Shown piece by piece: positions 58,966 to 64,000 of a stretch of DNA of 64,000 bases. The translations under genes were made by a program, and so were the position numbers. This stretch comes from Patescibacteria group bacterium (lineage in GTDB: Bacteria; Patescibacteriota; UBA1384; XYA2-FULL-43-10), in assembly GCA_041674405.1 (NCBI GenBank), contig JBAYVT010000004.1:10599-74598 (forward strand), read 5' to 3'. The stretch's first letter is position 1. The number at the start of each line of letters is the position of its first letter. A model generated the notes under the pieces. That model was not told where the DNA came from. It made no database searches and was given only the letters and a program-made list of their open reading frames with translations.

Positions 58966-60064
58966 AATCTTTATTTAATGCAGGATCGCTATCTGGATCA
59001 TTTGTGGCTTTCGGGTTCACTGGTGGATTGTTAGGTTGGGGAGGTGTTTGCCTGTTCTGTGGCGGTTCATTAATACTTGTGCCGGATTCTTGTGATTGCG
59101 CTTTAGTTTGGGTTTCCGCAGTCTGGCTTTGTGGTGTGGCCGGCTTCTCTTGCGCCTCTGCTGCCGGTGGAGCCGGTGCGGTGCTCGGTGCGTTGGAAGA
59201 ATTTGTGTTTGCGGATACCGTATTGTTTGAAGTCGTCGGCGCTTTCATGTCTCTTTCTGCGTTTTTTTCTATCGCCTGTTGTCTTTCTTCCTGTTCCTTT
59301 TTCTGCTGGGCATTAACTATTTCTGTGTTATCGATTGTAGATTCATCTTCAATCTGGCTGGGCTCGAGAGCCTCGTCTTCTTTGTCTTTTGTGTGTGTAA
59401 CAAAAGCTGAGGCGAAAGTATTTGCTTCTTCTGCAAGCCTTTCCTTGCCGGCAACCTCGGGATTGTACGTGCTGTAAAGAAGCTCAATCACTTCTTGTGT
59501 ATTTAGTTGCTTGCAATGTAATCCGATCGAGCCGAGGCCCTGGGCGACGGTAGTAGCGCGCTGCTTTAATTCGGTTGTGTATCGGGCATAGTCTTCTTCG
59601 GAAACCCTGAGCTGGGCAGTTTCATTATTCTTTTTGAAAAGCTTATCCAATATTCCGCCGTTATTTGTGACCAATGGCTGATAACCGACGGTTACGTAAA
59701 AAGTTTTTTTCATAATATTGGCTAGGTTGATAAGCTGAGAGACGAAGTCGACATAATCTTCTGTTTGCAACTTCAAAAGCTCGTTTTTCTGTTTTTCCGC
59801 CAATTTCTTAATCTTGTTTAAATATGGGGTCAAATCCAGTTTTTTTGATGAAATCAAAATCTCAATCGGAAAATGAAGCGAATTTAAGAAGCTTTGGTAA
59901 TTAAAAATAATGCTATTTTGCTCTTGCTCGCTCTTTAAGTCGAAATTTATAGCAGCAACAGACATGACAATGCGGTATTGCCCGTTTCTCAGAATAACTA
60001 TCCCGTCGCGAATGCCTGCGACCAAAACGTTTTCTTGGGTTGTGGGAGCTTTGACGGTAGCCAT
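58955..60064 (-). CDS. T4SS-associated protein resembling the N-terminal domain of VirB4 (about 230 aa) followed by a Pro/Gln/Thr-rich disordered tail; possibly the 5' part of a split or frameshifted virB4
   Basis: GIRDGIVILRNGQYRIVMSVAAINFDLKSEQEQNSIIFNYQSFLNSLHFPIEILISSKKLDLTPYL fits the VirB4 N-terminal pattern. It overlaps the ATPase ORF by 11 nt in another frame. Confidence 0.45.
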   Translation of the reverse strand: MATVKAPTTQENVLVAGIRDGIVILRNGQYRIVMSVAAINFDLKSEQEQNSIIFNYQSFLNSLHFPIEILISSKKLDLTPYLNKIKKLAEKQKNELLKLQTEDYVDFVSQLINLANIMKKTFYVTVGYQPLVTNNGGILDKLFKKNNETAQLRVSEEDYARYTTELKQRATTVAQGLGSIGLHCKQLNTQEVIELLYSTYNPEVAGKERLAEEANTFASAFVTHTKDKEDEALEPSQIEDESTIDNTEIVNAQQKKEQEERQQAIEKNAERDMKAPTTSNNTVSANTNSSNAPSTAPAPPAAEAQEKPATPQSQTAETQTKAQSQESGTSINEPPQNRQTPPQPNNPPVNPKATNDPDSDPALNKDFGW

Positions 60065-60066
60065 GC

Positions 60067-60516
60067 TTACCTCGTTGCAATATTATTATTTGAAGAATCC
60101 AGCGATTTTGCCATTCTTTCCATCTGCTCGCGGGTTATGTGTTTGGATTCGACATGCGTAGCCGATTCCTTTTCTGGATTTTTGTAAACTTCCACGTCAA
60201 ACCCTGATTCTTCTCTTTGCCAAACGCGCATCCTTGGTTTGCCCATAAAAACAAACAAAGAAGCAAGAAAATGCAAAAAAGGCCGTTCGTTAATTTTAAG
60301 AAATATCAGAGCCAATGTAAAAAGTGCAACCATTATAGCTAAAAACAAGCCAAACATGTTTGGTATCGACATATAGCAGACATACGCCAATCCGCCGCCA
60401 ACGACAGCATAGACAAACTGAAGCATTGTCAGCGGTCCCAAAATGCGATCCTGCATATCTATATTTTGCGGAACCTTGTAACGCAATTTCCCTCGCTCCC
60501 TCCTTTTGGAGTTCAA
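60067..60516 (-). CDS. PrgI-family (VirB3-like) small membrane protein
   Basis: YKVPQNIDMQDRILGPLTMLQFVYAVVGGGLAYVCY followed by a second TM helix, the defining PrgI pattern. It sits directly upstream of virB4, as in Gram-positive conjugation loci. Confidence 0.65.
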   Translation of the reverse strand: MNSKRRERGKLRYKVPQNIDMQDRILGPLTMLQFVYAVVGGGLAYVCYMSIPNMFGLFLAIMVALFTLALIFLKINERPFLHFLASLFVFMGKPRMRVWQREESGFDVEVYKNPEKESATHVESKHITREQMERMAKSLDSSNNNIATR

Positions 60517-60586
60517 AGGATCGCTAAAAATCTCAAATCAATTGTAACACAATTGATTTGGAAAAAATAGGAAAAATTTTGACCAG

Positions 60587-62077
60587 TTATTCTATCGGTG
60601 AAAGAATGTTCGTTTCATTGGCAAGAGCGCCGAGAAATGCACCGCCAACTGCTAGCAGGCCCGTGCTAGATGCCTGGGATTCCGGAGTTGGATTTTGTTT
60701 GTCGAAACCGCCCCAGCCATCATAATATCCCATTGAATCCAAATCCAGCCCATCAAAATCTTCGCCTAAATGGCCTTTTTCTGATTGGACGATTCTCTTT
60801 ATGGTGTTATAAAAAACTAAGTACGATTCGATTGCGCGGGAGATCCCGGGATGTTCCGTCCTTAACTTTTCTATTGAAAAATTTCCGCCGGCGATACCTT
60901 CGGCAATTTCGGCATATTTTGTACTAATTTCTCCTGATTGATCTGTATCCGATTCACTAATGCCGAGTTCTGAACTGGAGAAACGGCTGAAACTGCCGGG
61001 ATCGAGCTTTTTAAGGCATACCTCTAAAAAGCTCAAGAAGCTTCCATCGCTCTGGAGATAAATGGCAGTGTAATCGGTTACAATTTCTTCTGCTGCCATG
61101 ATTTCGCGCGACTTTGTGAACTTTTCTTCCGACCCCCATTTTGCTTTTTCTGTCGGTGAGAGTGAATTATATTCCGATTTTTCCAAGCTCTTAATCACGT
61201 TTCTGACGTGTTGCGGCTGAAAATCAATATAATCTTTTGCATTTCGAATGATTTCTTTTGCCTCTCTAAGCGAAATCTCGATCGGAGAATTGGCATTTTC
61301 TTCATCTGCTTCGGATTCTTTGTGTTTTGCGACAGCGACTATTCCGTGGGATATCTCGTGGTCGATCATTTGAACAAAATCCAAGCTCAGGATTTTTCCT
61401 TCGGAAGTTGCAAAATTATCTTTCAGGGCAGATCTCGAGAGTTTGATAACCCCTCCCCCAAAAGACATAATCCCTTCATAACCAGCCGAGGCTCGAGATT
61501 CGTCCTCTAAACTATCGGATATTTCAACATTTTGAACGAGTGTACAGACATCATTAGCGGTAAGGTGCCCATTGATTATCGGGAGAGATAGGGCATAAAG
61601 GATCTCTGTTTTTTTACTCAATACTCCCGAATACTCAGGGTTTTTTGATAACTCGGAAATAGCGGCATCTGAATCTTGAAACAGCGCTTCTGAACGTGCG
61701 ATAAAAATCGCCGTCTCAGTGAGAGCGCTACTAGATGGCGCAGACTCTCCGTATCGCTCTTTTAATATCGCATAAATTTTTTCAATCAGGTAAGAATTCA
61801 GATTTTCGTCCGATATATGATTGAGGAGAATTGCAAAAACTTCTCTCTTGTCCAGGGAGTGGCTTTTATTTTCGTGAGTCATTCTTTTCGTTGCTTCGAG
61901 AATAGAGGGACGATTCTGCTCGGTAATTTCAACTTCACCGGAATGATCTATCTCCGGTTCTGCCCCTTCCTGGCCTTCGTTGCCCCCTTCTGGTTGTTCT
62001 CTTGTTTGATCCGCTTCCGAAATTTCTGGCGATTGTCCAGGTGGGCCAGCAGAAGGGTTTGGGGCGTCAGTGGCCAT
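60587..62077 (-). CDS. Hypothetical protein with an HExxH motif (candidate zinc metallopeptidase), an acidic low-complexity N-terminus and a hydrophobic C-terminal segment
   Basis: MIDHEISHGIV contains HEISH; no signal peptide; the C-terminus TGLLAVGGAFLGALA is hydrophobic. Confidence 0.45.
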   Translation of the reverse strand: MATDAPNPSAGPPGQSPEISEADQTREQPEGGNEGQEGAEPEIDHSGEVEITEQNRPSILEATKRMTHENKSHSLDKREVFAILLNHISDENLNSYLIEKIYAILKERYGESAPSSSALTETAIFIARSEALFQDSDAAISELSKNPEYSGVLSKKTEILYALSLPIINGHLTANDVCTLVQNVEISDSLEDESRASAGYEGIMSFGGGVIKLSRSALKDNFATSEGKILSLDFVQMIDHEISHGIVAVAKHKESEADEENANSPIEISLREAKEIIRNAKDYIDFQPQHVRNVIKSLEKSEYNSLSPTEKAKWGSEEKFTKSREIMAAEEIVTDYTAIYLQSDGSFLSFLEVCLKKLDPGSFSRFSSSELGISESDTDQSGEISTKYAEIAEGIAGGNFSIEKLRTEHPGISRAIESYLVFYNTIKRIVQSEKGHLGEDFDGLDLDSMGYYDGWGGFDKQNPTPESQASSTGLLAVGGAFLGALANETNILSPIE

Positions 62078-62108
62078 GACAGCCTTTCTTTTTTATCGTC
62101 AAATTATC

Positions 62109-63992
62109 TTATTCGGGATTTGCGCTTGGTGGTTCTGCGGGGGGAGTCGGAGGGGGAGTCGGTGTTGAATGGGTCTCAGGGCGTGGGGTAGACGGCGCCT
62201 CTACGGTAGTATTGTTGTTGATCACAGTTGTGTTCTGAACTGGGTTTGGCCGAACCGCATCAACGGCCCTTGCAGGTGATACGCGTGAAGATGCTTTTGC
62301 TGTGGCGCTGCCGATTTCGCGAGCAAGAGATTTTTGGAATCTTTCACTCATTAGTGTTGATGCGAGCGAATCCCCGCCGGAAACCCCCGAAGCAGCGGCA
62401 ACGCTTCCCAGGATGGAACTTGCCTGCATCGGTGAGTACGAAACAGCTGCTCCTCCTCGAGCTGCAGCGGTGGCTTGTGCAACCTGGTTCACATGTTGGG
62501 TCAACGCTTCGATATGATCGGAACCTTCGGCAAAGCCATCGCCAACCGAAATATTCTCAAATTGAGAAGCTAATTGCTTGGTTTGGTCGGCCATGCTCTG
62601 CATCGATAATCTGGCGGAGGCAGTAGCTTCGGCAGCAGTTCTTAGTTCGGTCTGTTTGGAAGTCTGAAATTGTTTAAGAGAGTCTGACCAGGCTCGCCCT
62701 TCTGTTGAAGTCAGTTGTCCGGAAGCAGCCATTGATCTTGCGTTTACGGCTGCCTGCTGAACCTGTTGAAACGTTGAAGCTAACTTTTGTTTGGCGGCGG
62801 GATCGCTCGTGCTAATTTTGGGTACTCCCATCTTACTAGCAATTTTGGCCGCCTCTTCAATATCACCAGCCTGAAGCTTGCTTGCGCCTGCGGCAGCATC
62901 CTGAGAAATCAATGCCAGCTTAGACCCTAGACCTTGTGGGGAAACACCGCTCATTTGGCCACGGATTAGCCTCAAACCTGCAATTTGGTCTTCGATTTGT
63001 TGGGCTCCTGCTTCAACCTCTTCGTTAACCATGGAATCACGAGCCTTCCTAACATCTTCAAAGTGTTTTCGGAGTTCTTGTTGCGCTCCAGGACTCATTG
63101 CAGCAACATCACCACCCAATCTTTGAGCCAGTTGGTCAAAATTTTCATTGCTGTGCATTGCGGCACGAGAGACCTGATCAGCCTGTGCACCAGCAAGAGC
63201 CCTAATTCCCTGGCTTGCACCGCTGATAGATGCAGCTTCTGTAGTAGCTTGGGCAGCTGCCTCAATTTCTTCACCAACAGGAGAAGAAAATCCGGAAGCA
63301 TCCATGTTTCTGTTTCTTTTTCGCAAAGCTCCGGTTGTAGGATCTCTGGACTCGTCGGTTCGGAATCTCCCTTTTTCTTTACTTACAGCATCAATACTTT
63401 CCCCATTAAAAAATTTCAAGGCTTCATCATGTCCGTCGGCACTGGAATTTCCAGCCCTTCTGGTAAGTTCCTTATACTTCGCCATATATTCCCTTGATTG
63501 CGCCCAACTCATCTTTTTGTCTCTAAATAATTTTCCGTTTTTTCCTGGAGTTGCAACTTCGCCTGTTTCAGGATCGATCTCCATCGCTCCGGCCAACTTA
63601 GAAACTTCTTCATATTGCCAGGTTTTTTGTTCATCGAGAGAATCAGCCCTTAATGCGGCCCTTACTCGACCCTGGGCTCCCTTTGGCAATTTTCCGCTCA
63701 TCATAAGATCAAAGTACCTCTGGTTGAGTGCCTCTTTCTCGTACTTAGCTCTCACGTCCTGCGGAATTTGCTTAGCGGCTTTTCTATTCATCATCATCTT
63801 ACCCAAACGAGTCAGCTGAAAATCTCCTTTTTTATCATGATATCCGATCATCCTGTTCTGGGCTCTGGTTTTGACATTGTCATATTTTTCCTTCGCAAAA
63901 TCACCGGCGTATTTGGCAGCCCGACCGCCTGTCTTATTCCATCCCCATTTGCCAAGGTTGTTCCATGCTGTCATCACGCCTTTACCCATCAT
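62109..63992 (-). CDS. Ala/Gln-rich predicted coiled-coil protein with a Pro/Thr-rich C-terminal tail; the N-terminus may extend beyond the window
   Basis: 627 aa of AQ-rich heptad-like sequence, with no TM and no catalytic motifs. The first Met lies 8 nt from the window end. Confidence 0.45.
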   Translation of the reverse strand: MMGKGVMTAWNNLGKWGWNKTGGRAAKYAGDFAKEKYDNVKTRAQNRMIGYHDKKGDFQLTRLGKMMMNRKAAKQIPQDVRAKYEKEALNQRYFDLMMSGKLPKGAQGRVRAALRADSLDEQKTWQYEEVSKLAGAMEIDPETGEVATPGKNGKLFRDKKMSWAQSREYMAKYKELTRRAGNSSADGHDEALKFFNGESIDAVSKEKGRFRTDESRDPTTGALRKRNRNMDASGFSSPVGEEIEAAAQATTEAASISGASQGIRALAGAQADQVSRAAMHSNENFDQLAQRLGGDVAAMSPGAQQELRKHFEDVRKARDSMVNEEVEAGAQQIEDQIAGLRLIRGQMSGVSPQGLGSKLALISQDAAAGASKLQAGDIEEAAKIASKMGVPKISTSDPAAKQKLASTFQQVQQAAVNARSMAASGQLTSTEGRAWSDSLKQFQTSKQTELRTAAEATASARLSMQSMADQTKQLASQFENISVGDGFAEGSDHIEALTQHVNQVAQATAAARGGAAVSYSPMQASSILGSVAAASGVSGGDSLASTLMSERFQKSLAREIGSATAKASSRVSPARAVDAVRPNPVQNTTVINNNTTVEAPSTPRPETHSTPTPPPTPPAEPPSANPE

Positions 63993-64000
63993 TTGTGGAG

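Noticed and set aside
1-64000. rRNA genes, transposases or integrases
   Set aside because: No 16S/23S-like conserved stretches were seen. No DDE transposase, IS-type inverted repeats or tyrosine/serine recombinase ORFs were found. The mobility signals are limited to att-like repeats and the GC-rich islands.

Overview
This is a low-GC (about 38-42%) bacterial chromosome segment in standard genetic code. Its gene content and compact organisation resemble a reduced-genome Patescibacteria/CPR-like organism, though the sequence alone cannot prove this. The window spans the chromosomal replication origin: the conserved rpmH-rnpA-yidD-yidC-jag block on the minus strand, then dnaA-dnaN-recF-DUF721 on the plus strand, with DnaA-box clusters on both sides of dnaA. 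Left of the origin are housekeeping genes, mostly minus-strand: gltX, rplS, rpmA, dnaE, mraY-like, ndk, an M16 peptidase, galU, an Hsp20, and tRNA genes for three Ser isoacceptors and one Arg. That side also holds a 5'-truncated gene for a huge Gly-rich DUF2341/LamG-like surface protein, and a locus of four genes sharing a VirB2/TrbC-like pilin module next to a PilB/GspE ATPase. Right of the origin is a long minus-strand cluster that looks like a Gram-positive-type type IV secretion or conjugation apparatus: a PrgI-like protein, a VirB4-like ATPase that appears split into two ORFs, a TolB-like protein, and two membrane-anchored peptidoglycan hydrolases (M15 and C39-like). The cluster also carries a 2429-aa giant secreted protein, an HExxH protein and a coiled-coil protein. 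The most unusual features are five short GC-rich (55-62%) gene islands, each with its own near-consensus sigma70 promoter, strong Shine-Dalgarno and terminator; one of them sits between rpmH and rnpA. Other notable signals are a conserved ~90-nt element directly 3' of two different tRNA-Ser genes plus a 21-nt duplicate of a tRNA 3' end, and inverted arrays of a CACAGAA heptamer flanking a GxxExxY gene and in the dnaN-recF spacer. No CRISPR array, rRNA or obvious transposase was found.
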